Virus record (IMG/VR): IMGVR_UViG_3300032007_000009
Strand: one strand, 5' to 3'
DNA length: 64,000 bases
Source of the DNA: a virus
Taxonomy: Duplodnaviria; Caudoviricetes
Below the pieces are notes generated by a model. The model made no database searches. It was not told the DNA's origin and saw only the letters and a program-made list of their open reading frames with translations. Within the stretch, counting starts at the first letter, position 1. The number at the start of each line of letters is the position of its first letter. Made by a program: the position numbers and the translations under genes. Positions 30,105 through 39,330 of this stretch are shown piece after piece.

Positions 30105-30578
30105 ATGATAGGAACAGTTACTTTTAAGAAATTCACGGGTGAAAAATTGCCAAGTATTTCTGATTACATTAAGACATACTGTGCTGAACATAAGGAGTTT
30201 CCTATCGAGATCATAGTTGGTACAGACTCACAAAATAAAAGGTCAGTAACAACTTACTCAACAGTTGTTGTATTGTACACACCAGGCCACGGTGGCCACT
30301 GTGTTTTCAAGCGTTGGAATACTCCTAAAGAAACAGTACGTCAAGTTAGACTTCTTAAAGAAGTTGAAGAGTCAATTAACACAGCCAATGAATTGGTTGA
30401 AGCGGGTTGTCCAAAACCAAAATATATTGACCTTGACTTAAATCCTAATGCAAAATATGCATCTAATGATGTATTTCAATCTGCAAAAGGATGGGTTGAA
30501 TCTTGCGGTTATGCAGTACGTTTTAAGAGCTTAGGACCACTTGTAACATCAGCAGCAGACTGGCTTGTTAAAGCATAA
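30105..30578 (+). CDS. RNase H-like YkuK/DUF458 family protein
   Basis: IIVGTDSQ, RLLKEVEESI, IDLDLN, SAADW. Confidence 0.8.
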   Translation: MIGTVTFKKFTGEKLPSISDYIKTYCAEHKEFPIEIIVGTDSQNKRSVTTYSTVVVLYTPGHGGHCVFKRWNTPKETVRQVRLLKEVEESINTANELVEAGCPKPKYIDLDLNPNAKYASNDVFQSAKGWVESCGYAVRFKSLGPLVTSAADWLVKA

Positions 30579-30580
30579 AT

Positions 30581-30610
30581 AGAGGTACTTCTGTACCTCT
30601 TTATTTTTTT
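30581..30610 (+). terminator. intrinsic terminator
   Basis: agaggtac-ttct-gtacctct followed by T-rich run. Confidence 0.8.
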
Positions 30611-30661
30611 ATTTAAATTTTTCATATAATGTAATTTTAGAAAATTAGCATAATTTTTCTA

Positions 30662-30696
30662 ATAATATTTAAATTTTATTTTTTATATACTATATT
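30662..30696 (+). promoter_or_regulatory. bipartite promoter candidate
   Basis: ATAATATTTAAA-N16-CTATATT. Confidence 0.6.
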
Positions 30697-30724
30697 ATAT
30701 CTGTAATTTAAAATTAAATAATAT

Positions 30725-31444
30725 ATGTTAGTTACATTAAATTGGATCTCAGAAAACTACAACAAATACAATAAACTTTGTTGGAATGGACAACTTCCTA
30801 ATATTGTTTTTAAGATTTCTCGTTCAAAGAAAACTTGGGGATATGCTTCATTTAAGTATGATTATCCAAACAATACAATTATTCCTGAGATGATTACAAT
30901 GTCTAACTACTATGATTCTCCCGAGGAAGTTAAATTGAATACCCTTCTTCATGAGATGATTCATATCGCAGATTACACATTTCATCCAGAGCACTTCATT
31001 CAGAATAACAAAAGAGTATCTGGTCATTACTATGACGCTCATGGTTATTGGTTCAAAAAAGAATGCAATCGTTTGAAGAAATTTGGTTTTAATGTAACAA
31101 ATAAAGTTGAGAATTCTGAGATTAAGGTTTCAAGAATGTCAGATAAAGCAAAGATTGCAGAAATGCACAAAGTTAATAATGCTCTTATCTGTGTAGTTTA
31201 CGGTACAAATTGTAATTTCTATTTTAAGACAGATATTTATAAAGTAAATTATCTTAAGAAAGAGTTAAAGAATTATACTTGGTATAAGATTGGTGATATC
31301 CGTAAGATTAAGTTCTATACTTTTAAAGATGAGAAATATGCAACTATGAGATCTTGTGGAAAACGAGTTCGCGGGTGGCATGCAGATAATAAGAGAACAA
31401 TGAATTTTCTCGAGAAAATTAATGCAACAGATTATATTTGTTAA
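30725..31444 (+). CDS. SprT-like zinc metalloprotease domain protein
   Basis: TLLHEMIH plus AHGYWFK. Confidence 0.85.
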   Translation: MLVTLNWISENYNKYNKLCWNGQLPNIVFKISRSKKTWGYASFKYDYPNNTIIPEMITMSNYYDSPEEVKLNTLLHEMIHIADYTFHPEHFIQNNKRVSGHYYDAHGYWFKKECNRLKKFGFNVTNKVENSEIKVSRMSDKAKIAEMHKVNNALICVVYGTNCNFYFKTDIYKVNYLKKELKNYTWYKIGDIRKIKFYTFKDEKYATMRSCGKRVRGWHADNKRTMNFLEKINATDYIC

Positions 31445-31474
31445 ATTTGAATAAAAAAATTAAAGATAAATAAT

Positions 31475-31891
31475 ATGAAACATTATAGAATTATAGAAAC
31501 AGGAGAAGGTTTTACTGTTCAAGATAGATTTCTTTGGTTCTTTTGGTTTGATTGTTCAGAACCATATTTTATATATGATGGTTGTGATCTTGTTAAAAGA
31601 GATTCCCAATGTTGGTTATATGACACTCTTAGTGAAGCAAAAGGAGCAATTGAAAGAATGAAACATATGTTCTATGATTATAAAGGACATACAATTATTT
31701 ATTATATGGATTACAATCTAGAAAAACATTTTGTAGATTTGGATTCATCATATAAAGATTATAAAGGAGATAAAAAATATAAAATTTTTGGAGATACACT
31801 TGATGATGTTAAACAAAAAATTACATACGCCGAATGGGATAAATCAGTAAAAAGAGATAAAAAGAAAACTAAGAATATATATTACGTATGA
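31475..31891 (+). CDS. hypothetical protein
   Basis: YRIIE...VQDRFLWFFW motif. Confidence 0.7.
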   Translation: MKHYRIIETGEGFTVQDRFLWFFWFDCSEPYFIYDGCDLVKRDSQCWLYDTLSEAKGAIERMKHMFYDYKGHTIIYYMDYNLEKHFVDLDSSYKDYKGDKKYKIFGDTLDDVKQKITYAEWDKSVKRDKKKTKNIYYV

Positions 31892-32157
31892 AAGAATATA
31901 AGAAACCAATGACAGTTAAAGATTTAAGAGATTATCTTGATGAACTTATATCTAAAAGAAAATCTATTGGGCACATGACTATAGGTTTTTGGGTACCTGA
32001 TCTAGAACTGGAGAATGATGAAGACTTTTCTGCGTTTAATCATCATAATACATTTAATCTTCATAAAGAAGATATTTATATGAATGAATGGTTTAATGGA
32101 GATACTTGGGATGAATCAAATGATAGTTATGAATATTTAGAAATCAAAGTTGGATAA
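31888..32157 (+). CDS. hypothetical protein
   Basis: MTVKDLRDYL-type small phage protein. Confidence 0.7.
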   Translation: MKEYKKPMTVKDLRDYLDELISKRKSIGHMTIGFWVPDLELENDEDFSAFNHHNTFNLHKEDIYMNEWFNGDTWDESNDSYEYLEIKVG

Positions 32158-32158
32158 T

Positions 32159-32440
32159 ATGTTAAGTAAGACAAATTCAATTTCATGTGGTCCGTATGTA
32201 TTTCAACCAACGAAATATGATGATAATGGGGATTTATATTGTATGATTGTCAAAAGACATACATATACAGATAAAAGAACTAAACATACGTTCGTAAATG
32301 ATAAATGTAAATTGACAGGACTATACAAATTTGATGAAAATAAATTTGAAATCATTTATACGACTCCTGAATTTATGAATAGAGGACATAAGAAATTACT
32401 AAATTGGTTTTTGAAACAATATGATTGGTACGTAGAATAA
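32159..32440 (+). CDS. hypothetical protein
   Basis: ATG immediately after upstream stop. Confidence 0.65.
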   Translation: MLSKTNSISCGPYVFQPTKYDDNGDLYCMIVKRHTYTDKRTKHTFVNDKCKLTGLYKFDENKFEIIYTTPEFMNRGHKKLLNWFLKQYDWYVE

Positions 32441-32481
32441 TAATTAAATAATATAAGTTAAACAATTAAAATTTATAAAGT

Positions 32482-33033
32482 ATGAAGAAATTTATTTTTA
32501 GTTTTTTGTTTTTGATTTTGTGCTTGACTTGTAATGCACAAATTAACTTTACAAATATGTCAGATGTTGTTCAATGTAATTTGAGTAAAAATGAAATTTA
32601 TTCAAATATTATGCAAAATTGGACAAATTTAAACGGAGCAAATCAAAAAGGAATTAATTCTCTTGATTATTGTGATAAAGACGCAGGCGTAATTAATATT
32701 AAAACAAAAATTTATTTAGGATGGCATAAAGTTAATATGTTATATGGATATAATGGTTATGCTAATTCAATAATTACATATAGAATTAAAGATAATAAAT
32801 ATAAAGTAACATTGGTAACAAATACAGTTACATTTGAATGGTCTGCAGAATCAAATCCAGAATCAGAAACAGTTGATATTAAAGAGCTTTATCCAAAATA
32901 TATTGCAAAAACTAAATTATATTATATTAAAAAATCATCAAATGATTTAGTATTAGAAAAAATGCCAAATATTATGAATACTTATTTTAATTTATGTAAA
33001 ACGTTACATATCAATAATGAAGATGATTTTTAA
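32482..33033 (+). CDS. secreted/periplasmic protein, DUF4468-like
   Basis: signal peptide ending CNA-Q; DKDAGVINIK...YRIKDNKYKVT. Confidence 0.55.
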   Translation: MKKFIFSFLFLILCLTCNAQINFTNMSDVVQCNLSKNEIYSNIMQNWTNLNGANQKGINSLDYCDKDAGVINIKTKIYLGWHKVNMLYGYNGYANSIITYRIKDNKYKVTLVTNTVTFEWSAESNPESETVDIKELYPKYIAKTKLYYIKKSSNDLVLEKMPNIMNTYFNLCKTLHINNEDDF

Positions 33034-33045
33034 CATAAATATAAC

Positions 33046-33076
33046 AAAGGAGACCTATTTAAATAGGTCTCTTTTT
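33046..33076. terminator. bidirectional terminator
   Basis: aaaggagacctatttaaataggtctcttttt between convergent genes. Confidence 0.8.
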
Positions 33077-33079
33077 ATA

Positions 33080-35554
33080 TTAATTATCTAATTCTGAAAT
33101 TGGTTTAATTTTATCTGTATAATTTGATAAATAAGTTTCAGTTTTATAATATTGTAATGATTCATCAGGAACATATATTTGTAAATTATCATTATTTGAA
33201 TTAATAAATATATCATTATTTATAACACAATCAGTACTACGTAATATAAATTTTAAATTTTCATTATGTCCTTCAAATACATAATCATTTATATATTTTA
33301 CAGATGAAGGTATATCAATTAAAGTTAATGATGAGCAATTATTAAATGTAAAATCATTTATTATATTAACAGAATTAGGTATATTTATTGATGTTAAAGA
33401 ATAACAATCAGAAAATACACTTCCTCCTATTGATGTAACAGAATTAGGTATATTTATTGATGTTAAAGAATAACATTGATAAAATGCACTTTGTCCAATT
33501 GATGTTACAGAATTAGGTATATTTATTGATGTTAATGATGTACATCCTTCAAATGCACTTTGTCCAATTGATGTTACAGAATTAGGTATATTTATTGATG
33601 TTAATGATGTACATCCTTCAAATGCGTAATCTCCAATTGATGTTACAGAATTAGGTATGTTAATTGATGTCAATGATGTACATCTACGAAATACACCTTC
33701 TCCAATTGATGTAACAGAATTAGGTATATCTATTGATGTTAATGATGTACATACATAAAATACATAATTACCTATTGATGTTACAGAATTAGGTATGTTA
33801 ATTGATGTCAATGATGTACATCTACAAAATACACTATTACCAATTGATGATACTGAATTACCTAATGTTACTGATGTTAATGAAGTACATCCTTCAAATG
33901 CTTCCCACCCAATTGATGTTACAGAATTAGGTATGTTTATTGATGTTAATGAAGTACATTCATAAAATGCACCTTCTCCTATTGATGTTACAGAATTAGG
34001 TATATCAATTGAAATTACATATCTTGCATAATTTTCATCAAATAATTTATCAATTACTGTTAATTTATGATTAAATATAATTTTTCCAATTCCGTTTTCA
34101 AATGTATGTAATATATTGTTTTCATTAATAAAATTTTTATTTATATCTAATTTTATACGAGCTGTATATGTTATAGTATTATATTCATTTTCAATAAATT
34201 CATATTCTGAAGTTTCTGGTTCTGAATATTCTGAAATTGGTTTAATTTTATCTGCATAATTTGATAAATAAGTTTCGGTTTTATAATATTGTAATGATTC
34301 ATCAGGAACATATATTGATATTAAAGAATAACAATCAGAAAATGCATAATCTCCAATTGATAATAATGAATTACCTAATGTTACTGATGTTAATGATGTA
34401 CAATCAGAAAATGCATAATCTCCAATTGATGTAACAGAATTAGGTATATCTATTGATGTTAATGATGTACAATTACTAAATGCTCCAGAACCAATTGCTG
34501 ATACTGAATTACCTAATGTTACTGATGTTAATGATGTACATCCAGCAAATGCTTCCCACTCAATTGATGTAATTAATGTTTTTGAAATATCAATAGTTTT
34601 AGCTTCAGAAAGATATTTTGGTAATCTTATTATATTATTTTCACAAAGTATTTTACCAATTCCATTTTCAAATGTGTGTATAATATTACCACCAAAATTT
34701 GAATATAATTTATATTCAATATCATCAACATTAATATTTAGTTTTTCATCAGATGTATAAGTTATAGTATTATATTCAGTTTCTGTAATATTATCTGGAA
34801 TATCATCATTTAATATTGTATAATTGTTTGAATGTTGATATAAATCTTCTAAAGAATTAAATGTATTACCAACATTCTTACCAAATATTTTTTTATTATC
34901 TTCTAAAGTATATTGAGATCTACATGAGTCTTTAATATATACATAATTTGGATATAATGAATATAAAGAATTATTTTTAAATTGTATATTATCTCCTATT
35001 ATAATTAATTTTATATTACTTGAATTACTAAATGTAGAAAATGCATAAGGTTCTATTAGTTCAATTGAATTTCCAATATAAACATATTTTAAATATGAAG
35101 AACATTCAGCAAATGAAAAACTTTTAATATATTTAACTGAATCTGGTATAATAATATAACTTAATAATTTACATCCATAAAATGCCTGTTCTTCAATTGA
35201 TATAATAGATTTTGGTAAATTAATTGATTTTAATGATATACAATCTTTAAATGCTTTTGGTGGTATATATGTAACATTATTATCAAATACTATTTTACCA
35301 ATATTATTTGAATGTGTATGATAAATAATATTTGCACCAAAATTTTTATTTTGTAGTTCTATTTTTTTAAATGAATTATACGTTATTGTATTATATTCAT
35401 TTTCTATTACTGGTTGTATTGGTTGTGTTGGTTCTGAATTATTAATTATATTTTCATATTCTTCGTCTGAAATATTTATAGTTTGATTTTGTTTATTTTT
35501 ATAATTTTGTACCATCTTTAACCATAAATATTGAGATCTATTAATTGTTTTCAT
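33080..35554 (-). CDS. BspA-type (TpLRR/LRR_5) leucine-rich repeat protein with three LRR modules
   Basis: 23-aa repeats [23 protein letters not shown]. Confidence 0.92.
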   Translation of the reverse strand: MKTINRSQYLWLKMVQNYKNKQNQTINISDEEYENIINNSEPTQPIQPVIENEYNTITYNSFKKIELQNKNFGANIIYHTHSNNIGKIVFDNNVTYIPPKAFKDCISLKSINLPKSIISIEEQAFYGCKLLSYIIIPDSVKYIKSFSFAECSSYLKYVYIGNSIELIEPYAFSTFSNSSNIKLIIIGDNIQFKNNSLYSLYPNYVYIKDSCRSQYTLEDNKKIFGKNVGNTFNSLEDLYQHSNNYTILNDDIPDNITETEYNTITYTSDEKLNINVDDIEYKLYSNFGGNIIHTFENGIGKILCENNIIRLPKYLSEAKTIDISKTLITSIEWEAFAGCTSLTSVTLGNSVSAIGSGAFSNCTSLTSIDIPNSVTSIGDYAFSDCTSLTSVTLGNSLLSIGDYAFSDCYSLISIYVPDESLQYYKTETYLSNYADKIKPISEYSEPETSEYEFIENEYNTITYTARIKLDINKNFINENNILHTFENGIGKIIFNHKLTVIDKLFDENYARYVISIDIPNSVTSIGEGAFYECTSLTSINIPNSVTSIGWEAFEGCTSLTSVTLGNSVSSIGNSVFCRCTSLTSINIPNSVTSIGNYVFYVCTSLTSIDIPNSVTSIGEGVFRRCTSLTSINIPNSVTSIGDYAFEGCTSLTSINIPNSVTSIGQSAFEGCTSLTSINIPNSVTSIGQSAFYQCYSLTSINIPNSVTSIGGSVFSDCYSLTSINIPNSVNIINDFTFNNCSSLTLIDIPSSVKYINDYVFEGHNENLKFILRSTDCVINNDIFINSNNDNLQIYVPDESLQYYKTETYLSNYTDKIKPISELDN
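33360..34570 (-). repeat. 69-bp tandem LRR-coding repeats in two arrays
   Basis: recurring ccaattgatgttacagaattaggtat...gatgttaatgatgtaca; boundaries approximate. Confidence 0.9.
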
Positions 35555-35667
35555 AATTATAATATTCTATTTTTATTAAAAATAATTAATCTTTATATCT
35601 TATAAAATAATTTACATTTGACTATATTAAATTTATAAATTTGTAAAGAAAAACACATTAAATTAAA

Positions 35668-35699
35668 ATGGGAGTTGATCCCATATCTCATTAAGAGAT
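35668..35699 (+). promoter_or_regulatory. tandem hairpins in DNA polymerase 5' leader
   Basis: atggga-gttga-tcccat followed by atctc-attaa-gagat. Confidence 0.5.
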
Positions 35700-35727
35700 T
35701 TACATAAATATATTTTATTAACTTTTT

Positions 35728-38508
35728 ATGATACTTGATAGAACATGGAATAAAAAGGATCAAAAATTAACAATATCTTATATAGATAAGTTAGGTAATC
35801 GTAAATTTTTCTCCAAATATATTCATCACATTAAGTCTTATGAATATGATGCAAATGGAGAATTTCCAACATGGAATGGTAAACGCGCAAATAAAGTATT
35901 TAAAGATACTTTAAATTATACTCCAAATGAGTTTGATATTTTGGAATTTATGTATGAATTACCAAAAGAATTAAATTCTGAAATGCATGCTCAATATTTT
36001 CCAAAACTTTACACGTTTGATATAGAAACCGAAATTAGTTCAGAATTCCCAGACCCAAATAAAGCAGAACAAAAAGTAACTGCTATATCTTTAGTTGGGC
36101 CTGATTTGTCATGTATTGTTTATGGACTTCATAAACTTAATGATGATCAAATTGCATTATTTAAGAAAAGATATTTAGATTGGATTCAAGAAAATGAATT
36201 CGCAAGAGATTTTGTTAAATCTCAAGGAAAAGAACCAAAAGTATTATATCAGTATTTTGCTACTGAGGAGGAAATGTTAACTCATTTCTTTACAGTGATT
36301 ATTCCAAAGATAGGTTGTTTAGCAGGATGGAATAGTTATGGATTCGACTGGTGTTATTTAGTTAATCGTATTAAACGTTTGTTTGGACAAAATGTTGCAA
36401 TGAATATGATTCGTAAGGCTTCTCCAACTGGTGAAATTAAACAATATAGTTGGGAAGAAGTTGGTGGTGAAAAGAAAAGATGTCCAGGCCCATGTCATTC
36501 AATTATTTTGGATTATATGGAAATCGTAAAAGGATATGATTATATATTAAGACCTTATGAATCTTATTCTTTAGATTGGGTAGGTAATGCTGCAGTTAAA
36601 GCTCATAAGATTAAATATCAAGGAACTTTGCAAGACTTATATGAACGAGACCCAGAATGGTATTATTTCTATAATGCTGTCGATAGTCTTATCACAATGT
36701 TGATTCATTATAAGTTGAAATCAATTGAATCTCCTTGTGCTGTATCGTCAGTAACATTGGTTCCATTACAAGCAGCATTTGGACAGGTTGCATTAGGTAC
36801 TGCAAATGTATTTGAAGAGTTCTATAATAAAGGAATGAAAGTTGTATGGGACTATGATTCAATTGAAAGAACAAAGATTCCATACGAAGGTGCATTTTGT
36901 GGTTGTGTCCCAGGCCGATATGAATTTACAGTTTGTTTTGACTTTGCATCGCTTTATCCATCTCAGGTAAGAACTTGTAATTTGTCATTTGAGAACTTCT
37001 ATGAAAATAAAGTTGGTCCTGATAGTTTTGGTAGATATACAACAATGAAATGGACTGAAGCAGATCTTGAAAGATTTAGAAAAGATCCAAATTACTTTGT
37101 TACTGTTATGGGTAATGTATATAAGAATGATCAAGACTATGCATTCCGTCGTATTCAAGCAAACCTTAAAGTATTGCGTGATAAATACAAATATACAGGA
37201 CAGAGAATTGAAGCAGAATTGATAGTTGAAATTGATAATATCTTAAAGCATAATAATGAACATATAACATTCCATCAAGATATTATTGATTTGATTAAAG
37301 ATAAATTTAATAAGGTTCAAGAGGATCTTTATAATATGTCTGAAGATGAACTTAAGAAATTTAGAGTTGAATGTGAAGATCTTCGTCACGAATATTCATT
37401 GCTTGAGCTTGCACATAAGGTCTTGATGAATGGTTTGTATGGAGCATGTGCTAATCAATTCTTCTTCTTCTTTAATGCTTCTCTTGCTGCAGATATTACA
37501 GGTGAGTGCCGTCAATTGACAAAAGGTATGTGGCATAATCTTGAAGAATGGTTCCATGAAGGTATCTGGGAACGTAAAGATCTTTGGGAGAAGTTTGAAT
37601 TTGCTCTTGATGAATCAAAGCATGATTGGTTTAGAAAACAAACTGTAAGCTGCTATAGTGATACAGATTCAGTTTATGTAACATTTGGCAATTTCTTTAA
37701 GTGTATGACTCCAGAATATAGGAAGTTATATGATACAGAACGTAAGAAAGTTGATTGGGTATTAAAATATTGTAAGGAATTCCAAGATAAACTTAATAAT
37801 AAGTGGTGTGAAGAAATGTATAATCCTCGTCATGGTAAGAATGTTCATGAGTTTGAATTGGAGACAATATCTTATGCACAAATTTGTATTAAAAAGAAAA
37901 AGTATCTTAAAGGATATGCATTCGTTAAAGGAAAATATTATGATGAACCAAAAGTATCGGGTACAGGTATAGAATTGATTAAATCAACAACTCCTAAACT
38001 TTGTAGAACAATACTTAAAGATCTTATGAATAGTCTTATGTTTGACTATCATGAAGAAAATAGAACTGAATATATTATGTCATTTAATAATAAAATTCAG
38101 GAATATAGAAAACAATTTTATAAAGCACCTATTGAAGATATATCACAATCTGTAGGAGTCGGTGATTATAAGAAATATGTAATAAATGATAAAGGGATAT
38201 TAGAATTAGGAAAACAATGTCCTGTATCAGTTCAAGCTATTGCAAGATTTAATTATTTGGCAAATAAGAATAATGAAAGTAATAAATGTCAGTATTCTGG
38301 AAAAATTAAATATTATAATATTCGTATTAACGAAAAACAAGAAGGTTATTTCGGATTCCCTGCTGGTGAATTACCTTCATGGGCACCACAAATGGATAAA
38401 TTAACACAATGGCAAAAAACTGTAATTGATCCTATTAATAGATTTTTGGAAGTTATGGATATTCCAAAAGTAAATGCATCAAATACAGTTCAATTATCAT
38501 TATTCTAA
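35728..38508 (+). CDS. family B DNA polymerase (T4 gp43-like)
   Basis: FDIET, GWNSYGFD, YNAVD, DFASLYPS, KVLMNGLYG, YSDTDS, KKKKY. Confidence 0.97.
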   Translation: MILDRTWNKKDQKLTISYIDKLGNRKFFSKYIHHIKSYEYDANGEFPTWNGKRANKVFKDTLNYTPNEFDILEFMYELPKELNSEMHAQYFPKLYTFDIETEISSEFPDPNKAEQKVTAISLVGPDLSCIVYGLHKLNDDQIALFKKRYLDWIQENEFARDFVKSQGKEPKVLYQYFATEEEMLTHFFTVIIPKIGCLAGWNSYGFDWCYLVNRIKRLFGQNVAMNMIRKASPTGEIKQYSWEEVGGEKKRCPGPCHSIILDYMEIVKGYDYILRPYESYSLDWVGNAAVKAHKIKYQGTLQDLYERDPEWYYFYNAVDSLITMLIHYKLKSIESPCAVSSVTLVPLQAAFGQVALGTANVFEEFYNKGMKVVWDYDSIERTKIPYEGAFCGCVPGRYEFTVCFDFASLYPSQVRTCNLSFENFYENKVGPDSFGRYTTMKWTEADLERFRKDPNYFVTVMGNVYKNDQDYAFRRIQANLKVLRDKYKYTGQRIEAELIVEIDNILKHNNEHITFHQDIIDLIKDKFNKVQEDLYNMSEDELKKFRVECEDLRHEYSLLELAHKVLMNGLYGACANQFFFFFNASLAADITGECRQLTKGMWHNLEEWFHEGIWERKDLWEKFEFALDESKHDWFRKQTVSCYSDTDSVYVTFGNFFKCMTPEYRKLYDTERKKVDWVLKYCKEFQDKLNNKWCEEMYNPRHGKNVHEFELETISYAQICIKKKKYLKGYAFVKGKYYDEPKVSGTGIELIKSTTPKLCRTILKDLMNSLMFDYHEENRTEYIMSFNNKIQEYRKQFYKAPIEDISQSVGVGDYKKYVINDKGILELGKQCPVSVQAIARFNYLANKNNESNKCQYSGKIKYYNIRINEKQEGYFGFPAGELPSWAPQMDKLTQWQKTVIDPINRFLEVMDIPKVNASNTVQLSLF

Positions 38509-38514
38509 ACAAAC

Positions 38515-38545
38515 AAAAGGTATACTATAAAAGTATACCTTTTTT
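38515..38545. terminator. bidirectional terminator
   Basis: aaaaggtatact-ataaa-agtatacctttttt. Confidence 0.85.
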
Positions 38546-38570
38546 ATATTAAATTAATTTATTTTATTTA

Positions 38571-39212
38571 TTAATCACCTGTTTCAAAACCACCACTACT
38601 TACTTTACTAAAATATTTTGTAACTACTTCACTTAGTTTTTCATCTTTAATAGCAATTGCCTTTATAACTGTACTAGTATTTAATGTAATTGATTCATTA
38701 TATAAAGTACTTTCTGAATTAGGTTCAGTATTATCTATTGTATAATAAATATTTGCTCCTTCAGGACCACTAATTGTTACTTGTGTTGTTCCAGTAAATT
38801 CAGTTTCACCACTTATTATTGGAGCTTCAATAGTTTCTACTTCAACCTCTGCGGTTGATCCTGTTGCTCCAGTAGCTCCAGTTGGTCCTTGTGGTTCAGT
38901 TACTCCAGTTACACCTGTTGCTCCAGTTGGTCCTTGTGGTTCAGTTACTCCAGTTACACCAGTAGCTCCAGTTGGTCCTTGTGGTTCAGTTACTCCAGTT
39001 ACACCTGTTGCTCCAGTTGGTCCTTGTGGTTCAGTTACTCCTTCTGATGTAGTACTTGGTGTATTAGCAGCACCTGCAGGAACATACCAATCATTTGCAG
39101 CCATTGTAGCATCATATCTTGTTAAACCAGTTGCTGCGGTGAATTTTTCTTCATCAGTCATACCAGAAGTTTGAACTCCCATTATTTCTAGTCTTTCTTC
39201 TATTCTACTCAT
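38571..39212 (-). CDS. putative virion decoration protein: G/T/P repeat linker plus Fn3-associated (chitobiase C-terminal-like) domain
   Basis: [15 protein letters not shown] x4; APIIS...[10 protein letters not shown]...VIKAIAIK. Confidence 0.75.
   Translation of the reverse strand: MSRIEERLEIMGVQTSGMTDEEKFTAATGLTRYDATMAANDWYVPAGAANTPSTTSEGVTEPQGPTGATGVTGVTEPQGPTGATGVTGVTEPQGPTGATGVTGVTEPQGPTGATGATGSTAEVEVETIEAPIISGETEFTGTTQVTISGPEGANIYYTIDNTEPNSESTLYNESITLNTSTVIKAIAIKDEKLSEVVTKYFSKVSSGGFETGD
38863..39042 (-). repeat. 45-bp tandem repeat, about 4 copies
   Basis: ccagttggtccttgtggttcagttactcc recurs every 45 bp. Confidence 0.9.
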
Positions 39213-39282
39213 TTTTATTTAATGTTATATTTCTATATAATTAATAATAAATATTTATTTAATTTAAATTATGTTTTTTACT

Positions 39283-39313
39283 AAAATAGGATATCCGAAG
39301 ATATCCTATTTTT
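39283..39313 (-). terminator. terminator
   Basis: aaaataggatatc-cgaa-gatatcctatttt. Confidence 0.8.
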
Positions 39314-39330
39314 ACATAGATATTTTATTT

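Noticed and set aside
33360-34570. CRISPR array or DGR template/variable repeat
   Set aside because: The repeats are in-frame 69-bp LRR units without unique spacers; no cas or reverse transcriptase gene in the window and no non-coding template copy.
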